NCBI GenBank assembly: GCA_045659025.1
Contig: JAZOWA010000034.1
Span: 24,151 to 88,150 of the forward strand
Direction: 5' to 3'
DNA: 64,000 nucleotides
Source of the DNA: Clostridia bacterium
GTDB lineage: Bacteria > Bacillota > Clostridia > UMGS1810
Part shown: positions 1-8,520 of the stretch, one piece after another
Layout: each line of letters begins with the position of its first letter
How positions within the stretch are numbered: the first letter of the stretch is position 1
Program-made: the position numbers and the translations under genes
Notes under the pieces: generated by a model
What the model saw: only the letters and a program-made list of their open reading frames with translations
Told to the model about the DNA's origin: nothing
The model's database searches: none

Positions 1-1
1 G

Positions 2-448
2 AAATACGAATATTACGGCTCAGCTGATTGTATCACTGCTTCTCAGCTCGGTGGCGGTGCCAAGGGTTGTGAGTATGGATGCCTTGGCCTTGGCAGTTGT
101 GTATCCAAGTGTGTGTATGGTGCAATCTCCGTGGCAGACGGTGTTGCCGTGGTAGACGAAGAAAAATGTGTGGGTTGTGGCGCTTGTGCCAATATCTGCC
201 CCAAGGCACTCATTAAGCTTTACGAGGTGAAATCCACCGCATTCGTATCTTGTGCATCCAAGGATAAGGGTGCAGTAGTAAGAACCGTTTGCGATGCAGG
301 ATGTATCGGCTGCAAAATCTGTGAGAAGAAGTGCGAAGCACAGGCCATCACAGTTGCCGATAACCTTGCGGTAGTGGATGTGGATAAATGTACTGCTTGC
401 GGTGCATGCGTAGAGGCATGCCCCAAGAAGATTATCAAAATGGCTTAA
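2..448 (+). CDS. rnfB: Rnf electron-transport complex subunit B, C-terminal polyferredoxin part (5' end outside window)
   Basis: Frame is open from the window edge. It has GCEYGCLGLGSC followed by repeated 4Fe-4S motifs (CVGCGACANICP, CIGCKICEKKC, CTACGACVEACP). Confidence 0.7.
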   Translation, partial: KYEYYGSADCITASQLGGGAKGCEYGCLGLGSCVSKCVYGAISVADGVAVVDEEKCVGCGACANICPKALIKLYEVKSTAFVSCASKDKGAVVRTVCDAGCIGCKICEKKCEAQAITVADNLAVVDVDKCTACGACVEACPKKIIKMA

Positions 449-470
449 TTGTTTTCTTCATAAAAAAGTC

Positions 471-507
471 AATCCGACCTGTATAATTACAGGTCGGATT
501 TTTTTAA
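471..507 (+). terminator. Intrinsic terminator after rnfB
   Basis: 12-bp stem AATCCGACCTGT/ACAGGTCGGATT with a 6-nt loop, followed by a T7 run. Confidence 0.85.
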
Positions 508-525
508 TGTGTATTGAGTTAGGAA

Positions 526-684
526 AGGCTCCCTTGTGTAAAGTGAGCTGTCAGCGAAGCTGACTGAGGGATTGACAACCCCTCCGCCCCTGCGGGACAC
601 CTCCCCTTACACAGGGGAGGCTTTGGTGCGGTGCAGAATCGCACCCAACGCACTACACCGAACGGTGTATAGAAGTGCGCTCTT
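526..684. repeat. GC-rich multi-hairpin intergenic element between convergent rnfB and cyclase genes
   Basis: Consecutive hairpins: GTCAGC-GAA-GCTGAC (550..564), CCTCCCC-7nt-GGGGAGG (600..620), GGTGCG-9nt-CGCACC (625..645), and nested CGCACT[ACACCG-AA-CGGTGT]AGTGCG (649..679). Only a spurious ORF (572..838) crosses it. Confidence 0.6.
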
Positions 685-707
685 ATATCCATTCGACATA
701 TTGGAAT

Positions 708-1307
708 TTATCTGTCGGCATCTATCAATATTGCTCTGCACGGCGAACCATCCACGCCCGATAAATTCAGTGGTGCGGCATTTAATAAATAAACACCTTC
801 CGACACCTCTAATAAACGAATTCCTTCAAGCAAGATAACATTGGCACCCAAGAGTGCAAGATGGACTGCCATTGGGGTACTTTGTGGACCGATTGTCTGG
901 GATTCATTTCCCAGAAGTAAAATATTTGAAGAGGCAAATACCTTCGCAGCCTCTAATGACACTTCAACATCTCCTTTAATTAGAATTCTCTTTGCCGCTT
1001 CTGGGTCCTGTTTTTTTGCTTTTTCAAGTATCTGGGAAGCATTATCACCCGTGACAATCCCATGATGCTCTGCCACATAAGCCATTCCCACAAATGCCTC
1101 TAAACATATCTCATCAACCGTTTTTCCATCTTTAATAAAATGAAATGGTGCATCTATATGTGTGCCGTTATGTGCACACATGCTAAAAGCAGTTAAATTA
1201 TATACTTCACCTTCTTGCATTGATTTCAGTGCTGTTTTCTCTGGTACAGGGTCACCGGGATATACTTCGCAACTGAAAACCTCTTGAGAAATATCATAGA
1301 TTTTCAT
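708..1307 (-). CDS. Cyclase family protein (kynurenine formamidase-like)
   Basis: 199-aa ORF with the metal-binding motif AHNGTHIDAPFH typical of the putative cyclase/arylformamidase family. Confidence 0.75.
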   Translation of the reverse strand: MKIYDISQEVFSCEVYPGDPVPEKTALKSMQEGEVYNLTAFSMCAHNGTHIDAPFHFIKDGKTVDEICLEAFVGMAYVAEHHGIVTGDNASQILEKAKKQDPEAAKRILIKGDVEVSLEAAKVFASSNILLLGNESQTIGPQSTPMAVHLALLGANVILLEGIRLLEVSEGVYLLNAAPLNLSGVDGSPCRAILIDADR

Positions 1308-1380
1308 TGAATATTCTCCTCGTCAAATTTAAGTTTATCTAATTGTTAGATATATTCTATCACGTCAATGTGAGCGATAC

Positions 1381-1414
1381 AAAAACAGTCCCGACGTGAT
1401 TGCTGCCGGGACTG
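1381..1414 (-). terminator. Intrinsic terminator after nagB operon
   Basis: Stem CAGTCCCG/CGGGACTG, followed on the minus strand by a T5 run (plus-strand AAAAA 1381..1385). Confidence 0.7.
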
Positions 1415-1474
1415 TAACTGCTTTACTGACACCCGCTGTTTCACAGGGTGTTTATTTTAATTATATTCGGTTAA

Positions 1475-2185
1475 TCAGTTCTCGCAGAAGATTACAGTAA
1501 CATCACTGTGAAGCTGGAGAATAGACGCAGGCACCTTGGGGGTGATAGGACCGAAGAAGGATTTTTCCACGATGTCCTTCTTGTTTTTACCATTGGCAAT
1601 GAGGAGTACCTTTTTGGCATTCATAATAGATTTCATACCCATTGTGATTGCCTCTCTGGGCACATCGTCAATGGATTCAAAGAATCTTGCATTTGCCTCA
1701 ATGGTGGACTCATCAAGCTTTACACTGTGGGTCTCTGCGGTGAAGAATTCATCGGGCTCGTTAAATCCGATATGACCGTCTAACCCGATACCGAGAAGCT
1801 GAATATCTATACCGCCCAAATCCTCAATGAGAGCATCATAACGCTCACCCTCTTTGGCAAGGTCGGGAGCGCAACCGTCGGGAACGTGGGTCTTGGCGAT
1901 ATCGATGTTGATTTTGGAAAAAAGGTTGGTATTCATAAAATATCTGTAGCTCTGATCGTTGTCAGGAGTAAGACCTGAATACTCGTCAAGGTTTACAGAG
2001 GTTACGGCAGAGAAATCCACCTCACCTGCATCACACATCTTTGCCAGATTTGCATAGGTGCCAAGGGGGGAAGAACCGGTGGCAAGGCCCAACACACAGT
2101 TGTTCTTTGCCTTCACAACATCGGCTATAATATTTGCCGCTTTCTCGCTGAGTGCCTCGTAGGATTCAACTTTAATAAAATTCAT
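1475..2185 (-). CDS. nagB: Glucosamine-6-phosphate deaminase
   Basis: 236 aa with LGLATGSSP and GLDGHIGFNEP motifs. Confidence 0.9.
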   Translation of the reverse strand: MNFIKVESYEALSEKAANIIADVVKAKNNCVLGLATGSSPLGTYANLAKMCDAGEVDFSAVTSVNLDEYSGLTPDNDQSYRYFMNTNLFSKINIDIAKTHVPDGCAPDLAKEGERYDALIEDLGGIDIQLLGIGLDGHIGFNEPDEFFTAETHSVKLDESTIEANARFFESIDDVPREAITMGMKSIMNAKKVLLIANGKNKKDIVEKSFFGPITPKVPASILQLHSDVTVIFCEN

Positions 2186-2206
2186 GGTAACATTTTCCTT
2201 TCGGAT

Positions 2207-2869
2207 TTATTTTCTCCCGACTATATTGTCGTTGGATTTCACAATGCAGTTTTCACCATATACACCCCGAAGGGCGGTAAGGGGATATACGGAGGTATTT
2301 CTGCCTACTACGGTGCCGGGGTTTAACACACACCCGCAACCAATATCCGCACCATCTCCTAAAATACCGCCTATCTTACGAAGGCCCGTCTCATATTCGG
2401 TATCGCCGTGGATTATTATGCTCTTACCGTCGGCTTTGAGGTTGGAGCATATAGCACCTGCGCCCATATGGGCGTGGTTACCCAGAACAGAGTCTCCTAC
2501 ATAATTATAATGTGGAACCTGCACATTGTCAAGCAAAACGGCATTTTTGAGTTCGCTGGAATTACCTATCACACAACCCTCTCCCGTGATAACGCTTCCC
2601 CGTATAAATGCACTGGGTCTCACCTCGGTTCCTGATCCAAGGACTGTGGGTGGCATTATGGCGGCGGTGGGGTGGATTGTGACATTTTCACCCACAAGAA
2701 CGCCCTCAGCAATAAGTGTGTATCCGGCAGGCGGATTTGCTATAAATTCCAGTATAAACTCTTTTATATGGGGGAGTATTTCCCAGGGGTATTCGTGATT
2801 TTCAAAGAGGGGTGCAAGGTAATCGTTTTTACAATCAAAAAGTTCTGATGTTCTGACTTTTTTAACCAA
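2207..2869 (-). CDS. Left-handed beta-helix (hexapeptide) acyltransferase resembling only the acetyltransferase half of GlmU
   Basis: 220 aa with hexapeptide repeats. The segment HYNYVGDSVLGNHAHMGAGAICSNLKADGK...LGDGADIGCGCVLNPGTVVG parallels the GlmU C-terminal pattern, and there is no nucleotidyltransferase domain. Its start overlaps the glmM stop by 8 nt. Confidence 0.7.
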   Translation of the reverse strand: MVKKVRTSELFDCKNDYLAPLFENHEYPWEILPHIKEFILEFIANPPAGYTLIAEGVLVGENVTIHPTAAIMPPTVLGSGTEVRPSAFIRGSVITGEGCVIGNSSELKNAVLLDNVQVPHYNYVGDSVLGNHAHMGAGAICSNLKADGKSIIIHGDTEYETGLRKIGGILGDGADIGCGCVLNPGTVVGRNTSVYPLTALRGVYGENCIVKSNDNIVGRK

Positions 2870-4493
2870 TGCTGTGGCCTCCCTTTACGATGGCAGATAC
2901 TATTTTTTCGGCATACTCTACGCAAAGGCGCTCGGTCTCGCACTCGGTCATAACTCTTATAACGGGTTCTGTACCGCTTTTGCGCAGAAGCACTCTGCCT
3001 TTGCCGCCGATGAGCTTTTCTACGGCGTCTTTTTCTTTGAGTACAGTGCTGTCGTTTATTGCTGCGTCCTTGTCTTTCACACGCACGTTCTTTGTGTATT
3101 GGGGATATAGTTTAACGGGTTGGGCAAGTTCTGCGAGAGAACGTTTTGAGTCACAGATCTCCTCTGTAATCATAATAGCAGTGAGAAGTCCGTCTCCCGT
3201 GGTGGCGTATTTTTTGAGGATTATATGACCTGATTGCTCTCCGCCCAGACTGTAATCGTTTTCCTGCATACATTCATACACGAATCTGTCGCCTACGGTA
3301 GTCTGCACACATTTTATGCCCTCTTCCTCCAATGATGCGATGAGACCGCTGTTTGACATTACGGTGGCAACGATTGTATCGTCGTTTAGCATACCTCTTG
3401 ATTTCAGGCGTTTGCCCAGAATATACATCATAGCATCACCATCTACTACGTTGCCGTTGCCGTCAACCGCTATACACCTGTCGCAATCACCGTCAAAGGC
3501 AAAACCTACATCAAGATGGTTTTCCCTCACCAGTTTACACAGATTCTCAATATGGGTAGACCCGCAGTTCTGATTGACATTCAATCCGTCGGGCTCTGCA
3601 CCGATAACGGTAGTCTGCGCGCCGAGGGCGGCAAACACGGTTTTGGCAATCATCCAGGATGCACCGTTTGCACAATCAAGACCTATCCTTAAATTTCTGT
3701 AGGAGTTGGATGCGAGGGATATGAGATATCCTACATATCGGTTTCTGCCCGATACATAGTCGATTATTCTGCCGATTCTCTCTCTGTGGGCGAGGGGGAG
3801 ATCATCGCCTGTAACACCTAGGGTTTTGAGGTCTCCGTCAATATATGATTCTATGAGGGACACCTCTGTGTCGTTGAGTTTCTCGCCGAAACGGTTGATG
3901 ACCTTGATACCGTTGTCATAAAAGGGATTGTGGGATGCGGTAATCATAATGCCACAGTCAAAATCGTCCTGCCTTGTAACGTATGAAACGCTTGGTGTGG
4001 TGGTTACGTGGAGCATATATGCGTCTGCTCCCGATGCAGTGATACCTGCCACCAGAGAGTATTCTATCATATAGCTTGAACGCCTGGTGTCTTTGCCGAT
4101 TACGATTCTTGGGCGGTAAGCCGCCTTGTCACATCCCGACAGGGCAGATGAGAAATACCAGCCAAGAAATCTGCCTACTTTATATGCCTGCATAGAGGTG
4201 AGGTTAATATTTGCCTCGCCTCTGAATCCGTCGGTGCCGAAATACTTATTGCCGACAGAGGCGTCGGGGTTATCCTTTTTTATAATTGCGTTCTCCCTGA
4301 GCAGATCGTCTGCTGATATATTGAATAAATCACAAAGTGTCATAATTTTATCCACCTGTGGCAGAGCCAGGTCTTTCTCCCACTTGGATACGGACTGACG
4401 GGAAACATCAATCTTTTCTGCCAGATCTTCCTGAGAAATTCCATTAAGGTTTCTTAAGTAGGCGATTTTATTGCCGAGTGTCAAAGTTATCAT
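2862..4493 (-). CDS. glmM: XRE-family HTH domain fused to phosphoglucosamine mutase
   Basis: The N-terminal HTH is GNKIAYLRNLNGISQEDLAEKIDVSRQSVSKWEKD. It is followed by YFGTDGFRG, TASHNP, DGDCDR and GEQSGH motifs. I prefer the ATG at 4493 with RBS GAAAGG over the track start at 4565. Confidence 0.8.
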   Translation of the reverse strand: MITLTLGNKIAYLRNLNGISQEDLAEKIDVSRQSVSKWEKDLALPQVDKIMTLCDLFNISADDLLRENAIIKKDNPDASVGNKYFGTDGFRGEANINLTSMQAYKVGRFLGWYFSSALSGCDKAAYRPRIVIGKDTRRSSYMIEYSLVAGITASGADAYMLHVTTTPSVSYVTRQDDFDCGIMITASHNPFYDNGIKVINRFGEKLNDTEVSLIESYIDGDLKTLGVTGDDLPLAHRERIGRIIDYVSGRNRYVGYLISLASNSYRNLRIGLDCANGASWMIAKTVFAALGAQTTVIGAEPDGLNVNQNCGSTHIENLCKLVRENHLDVGFAFDGDCDRCIAVDGNGNVVDGDAMMYILGKRLKSRGMLNDDTIVATVMSNSGLIASLEEEGIKCVQTTVGDRFVYECMQENDYSLGGEQSGHIILKKYATTGDGLLTAIMITEEICDSKRSLAELAQPVKLYPQYTKNVRVKDKDAAINDSTVLKEKDAVEKLIGGKGRVLLRKSGTEPVIRVMTECETERLCVEYAEKIVSAIVKGGHSIG

Positions 4494-4755
4494 CCTTTCG
4501 GTTAATAATGATATACATTTATATGTAGTATACCTCAATTCTAAAGGAAATATGAGCAGAGTCAAGCAACTTTGCTACACAATTTACGCAACCTGTGGTT
4601 GCGGTGTTGTGTGGTCTTTACCGAATTATGATATAAATACGTTGATACTGCTGTTTCGAAGCGGTTTTTATCATATGCATAATGCCAAAACAACCGGCCA
4701 AAAACCGTTTCTGTTTATAAAATATCGACAAATTGAAAAAAAGTGAAAATATTGT

Positions 4756-4784
4756 TTGAAAATTAACAAAACTTGTGATAGAAT
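4756..4784 (+). promoter_or_regulatory. Candidate sigma-A promoter for PFOR gene
   Basis: TTGAAA, a 17-nt spacer, then TAGAAT with TG-N upstream (extended -10). Confidence 0.5.
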
Positions 4785-4863
4785 ATATATGATTGCGACA
4801 TTATGGGTTTTTTTATTTATTTCGCATCTATTTTATTTAAATATATTAGGAGGATGATTTATC

Positions 4864-7800
4864 ATGGCAAAAACATTTAAGACCATGGACGGTAACTGCG
4901 CAGCAGCTCATTGCGCCTATGCGTTTACTGAAGTTGCGGCAATTTACCCCATTACTCCTTCATCAACAATGGCAGAGTATGTTGATGAGTGGAGTGCAAA
5001 GGGCTTGAAGAACATCTACGGCGAGACTGTTGAAGTTGTAGAGATGCAGTCCGAGGCCGGTGCAGCAGGTGCTGTTCACGGTTCACTTCAGGCAGGTGCT
5101 ATGACCACCACTTTCACAGCATCACAGGGCTTGCTCCTTATGATCCCCAATATGTACAAGATCGCAGGTGAGCTTCTCCCCTCAGTTTTCCACGTAAGTG
5201 CACGTGCTCTTGCGGCACACGCTCTTAACATCTTTGGTGACCACCAGGACGTTATGGCTTGTCGTCAGACAGGTTTTGCAATGCTCGCATCCGGTAGTGT
5301 TCAGGAAACAATGGACCTCGGTGGTGTTGCACACCTCGCTTCTATCAAAGGAAGAGTTCCCTTCCTCCACTTCTTCGATGGTTTCCGTACATCACACGAG
5401 ATCCAGAAGATCGAGGTTATGGACTTTGAAGACCTCAAGAAGCTCGTTGACTGGGAAGCTCTTAAAGAGTTCAAAGACAGAGCGCTCAACCCTGAGCACC
5501 CCGTACTCCGCGGTACAGCGCAGAACGGCGATATCTACTTCCAGGGTAGAGAGGCTTGCAATAAGTTCTACGATGCAATCCCTGATATCGTAGCAGATTA
5601 CATGAAGGAAATCACCAAGATCACAGGCCGTGAGTACAAGCCCTTTAACTACTACGGTGCTGCTGATGCCAAGAAGGTTATCGTTGCTATGGGTAGCGTA
5701 TGCCAGGCATTGGAAGAGACTGTTGATTACCTCAACGCAAAAGGCGAGAAGGTTGGTGTACTTGAAGTTCACCTTTACAGACCCTTCTCTGCAAAATACT
5801 TCTTTGACGTAATGCCCAAGACAGTTGAGAAGATCGCTGTACTTGATAGAACAAAAGAGCCCGGCTCCCTTGGCGAACCCCTCTATCTTGACGTTTGCAA
5901 CCTTTACAAAGATTGCGCTAACGCTCCCAAGATTGTTGGCGGTCGTTTCGGTCTTGGTTCTAAGGATACCACTCCCACACAGCTCGTTGCTGTATTTGCT
6001 AACCTTGATGCTGCTGAGCCCAAGAACGGCTTCACCATCGGTATCAAAGACGACGTTACCAACCTTTCACTCGAGCTCGGCGAGAGAATCAATGCTGCTC
6101 CCGCAGGTGCTACACGTTGTAAGTTCTGGGGCTTCGGTTCTGACGGTACTGTAGGTGCTAACAAAGACGCTATCAAGATCATCGGTGACAATACCGATAT
6201 GTATGCTCAGGCATATTTTGATTACGACTCCAAAAAATCCGGTGGTGTTACCATGTCTCACTTGAGATTCGGTAAGACTCCCATTAAGTCAACATACCTC
6301 CTTGACGAGGCAGACTATATTGCATGTCACAAACCCGCATACGTATATCAGTATGATGTACTCGAGGGTCTCAGAAAAGGCGGTACATTCCTCCTTAACT
6401 GTGTATGGACTCCTGAAGAACTCAGTGACAGACTCCCTGCAAGCGTAAAACGCTACATAGCAGAGAACGAAATCAACTTCTACACCATTAACGCTGTTGA
6501 TGTTGCAGTTAAGGTTGGTCTCGGTTCCACAAGAATCAACATGGTTACCCAGAGTGCGTTCTTCAAACTTGCTAACGTTATTCCCTTTGACGAAGCAGTT
6601 AAGCTCATCAAAGAAGCAATCAAGAAGACATACGGCAAGAAGGGTGACGAAATCGTTAACATGAACTGTGCTGCAGTTGACGGTGCGGTAGACGCTCTCG
6701 TTAAGATTGATGTTCCCGCTGATTGGAAAGATGCTAAGGACGATATCAAAGTTGATGCTAACCGTCCTGAGTTCATCACCAAGGTTGTTGACCCCGTTAA
6801 CGGCCAGAGAGGTAACAAACTCCCCGTAAGCACATTCCTTGGCAGAGAAGACGGTACATTCGAGACAGGTACTTCCAGATACGAGAAACGTGGCGTAGCC
6901 GTTATGGTTCCCGATTGGCAGAAAGACACCTGTATCCAGTGTAACCAGTGTTCACTCGTTTGTCCTCACGCTGCTATCCGTCCCGTATTGGTTGACGAGG
7001 CAGAAAAAGCTGCTGCTCCTGCCGGCTTTGACACACTCAAAGCAATCGGTAAGGACTTTGCAGGTCTTGAGTTCAGAATGCAGGTATCTCCCCTTGACTG
7101 TCTTGGTTGTGGCGTTTGTGCTAACGTATGTCCTGCTCCCAAGGGCAAGGCACTCGTTATGAAGCCCATCGACGAAGTTGCAGAAGTTGAAGCTGCTAAC
7201 TGGACTTACGGTATCGAAACTGTTAAGAACAAAGCTCACCTCGTTGACAAAGCATCCAACATCAAGAACTCTCAGTTCGCTCAGCCCTACCTTGAGTTCT
7301 CCGGTGCTTGTGCAGGTTGTGGTGAGACACCTTATATCAAACTTATCACTCAGCTCTTTGGTGATAGAATGATGGTTGCAAACGCTACAGGTTGTACATC
7401 AATCTGGGGTGGTTCTGCTCCCTCAATGCCTTACTGCAAAGACGAGAACGGCAGAGGTCCCGCTTGGGCTAACTCCCTCTTCGAGGACAACGCAGAGTTC
7501 GGTCTCGGTATGGCAATCGCTAACAAGAAAGTAAGAAACACTCTTGCTGCAAGAATGAACGAAGCAATGGATTCAGTTTCACCTGAACTCGCTGCTGCAT
7601 TCAAAGAGTGGATTGAAGCAAAAGATTGCGCTAAGGGTTCTAAGGAAGCTGCAGATAAGATCGAAGCTCTTATCAAAGACGCAGACAAATCCAACCCTGC
7701 AGTTAAAGAAATCGCTGACAGATGCGACTTCCTCGTTAAGAAGTCACAGTGGATCTTCGGTGGTGACGGTTGGGCATACGACATCGGTTACGGCGGTCTT

Positions 7801-8394
7801 GACCACGTTATCGCATCCGGCGAGGATGTAAACATCTTCGTTGTAGATACCGAAGTTTACTCCAACACAGGTGGTCAGTCTTCAAAAGCTACTCCTACCG
7901 CTGCTATCGCTAAGTTCGCTGCATCCGGTAAGAAAGTTAAGAAGAAAGACCTCGGTATGATTGGTACCACATACGGTTATGTATATGTAGCTCAGATCGC
8001 TCTCGGTGCAGACATGGCTCAGGCACTCAAAGCAATCAAAGAAGCAGAAGCATATCCCGGTCCTTCACTCATCATCGCTTACGCTCCCTGTATCAACCAT
8101 GGTATCAAAGCTAAGGGCGGTATGGGTAACTCCATCGCTGAGGAGAAGAAAGCAGTTGAGTGCGGTTACTGGCACCTCTGGAGATACAATCCTCTCCTTA
8201 AAGAAGAAGGAAAGAACCCCTTCGTACTTGATTCTAAAGAGCCCACAGGCACAGTTAAAGAATTCCTCGAAGGTGAGAACAGATACCTCATGCTCCAGAA
8301 AGCATTCCCTGCAGCAGCAGAGAAACTCTTCGCTAAAGCTGAGGAAGATCTCAAAGAAAGATACGAAACATACAAGAGACAGGCTCGTGACTAA
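4864..8394 (+). CDS. nifJ: Pyruvate:ferredoxin (flavodoxin) oxidoreductase
   Basis: 1176 aa in a single chain. It has two ferredoxin CxxCxxCxxxCP motifs in the middle and the TPP-binding GGDGWAYDIG motif. Confidence 0.95.
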   Translation: MAKTFKTMDGNCAAAHCAYAFTEVAAIYPITPSSTMAEYVDEWSAKGLKNIYGETVEVVEMQSEAGAAGAVHGSLQAGAMTTTFTASQGLLLMIPNMYKIAGELLPSVFHVSARALAAHALNIFGDHQDVMACRQTGFAMLASGSVQETMDLGGVAHLASIKGRVPFLHFFDGFRTSHEIQKIEVMDFEDLKKLVDWEALKEFKDRALNPEHPVLRGTAQNGDIYFQGREACNKFYDAIPDIVADYMKEITKITGREYKPFNYYGAADAKKVIVAMGSVCQALEETVDYLNAKGEKVGVLEVHLYRPFSAKYFFDVMPKTVEKIAVLDRTKEPGSLGEPLYLDVCNLYKDCANAPKIVGGRFGLGSKDTTPTQLVAVFANLDAAEPKNGFTIGIKDDVTNLSLELGERINAAPAGATRCKFWGFGSDGTVGANKDAIKIIGDNTDMYAQAYFDYDSKKSGGVTMSHLRFGKTPIKSTYLLDEADYIACHKPAYVYQYDVLEGLRKGGTFLLNCVWTPEELSDRLPASVKRYIAENEINFYTINAVDVAVKVGLGSTRINMVTQSAFFKLANVIPFDEAVKLIKEAIKKTYGKKGDEIVNMNCAAVDGAVDALVKIDVPADWKDAKDDIKVDANRPEFITKVVDPVNGQRGNKLPVSTFLGREDGTFETGTSRYEKRGVAVMVPDWQKDTCIQCNQCSLVCPHAAIRPVLVDEAEKAAAPAGFDTLKAIGKDFAGLEFRMQVSPLDCLGCGVCANVCPAPKGKALVMKPIDEVAEVEAANWTYGIETVKNKAHLVDKASNIKNSQFAQPYLEFSGACAGCGETPYIKLITQLFGDRMMVANATGCTSIWGGSAPSMPYCKDENGRGPAWANSLFEDNAEFGLGMAIANKKVRNTLAARMNEAMDSVSPELAAAFKEWIEAKDCAKGSKEAADKIEALIKDADKSNPAVKEIADRCDFLVKKSQWIFGGDGWAYDIGYGGLDHVIASGEDVNIFVVDTEVYSNTGGQSSKATPTAAIAKFAASGKKVKKKDLGMIGTTYGYVYVAQIALGADMAQALKAIKEAEAYPGPSLIIAYAPCINHGIKAKGGMGNSIAEEKKAVECGYWHLWRYNPLLKEEGKNPFVLDSKEPTGTVKEFLEGENRYLMLQKAFPAAAEKLFAKAEEDLKERYETYKRQARD

Positions 8395-8425
8395 TTTTTA
8401 GTCTCTGTCCGAATATGATTTCCCG

Positions 8426-8459
8426 CGAGAGTACATCGTAAGATGTGCTCTCGTTTTTT
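8426..8459 (+). terminator. Intrinsic terminator after PFOR
   Basis: 12-bp stem CGAGAGTACATC/GATGTGCTCTCG with a GTAA loop and a T6 run. Confidence 0.85.
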
Positions 8460-8520
8460 ATTTTGTGATTATTTTGCGACGAATGGGGGAATATTTTTAA
8501 TTAAGGTACGGTGGTGCTTT

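Noticed and set aside
572-838. 88-aa plus-strand ORF.
   Set aside because: It runs through the GC-rich hairpin element and into the antisense of the cyclase gene 3' end. It is Pro/Arg/Leu-rich junk with no RBS.
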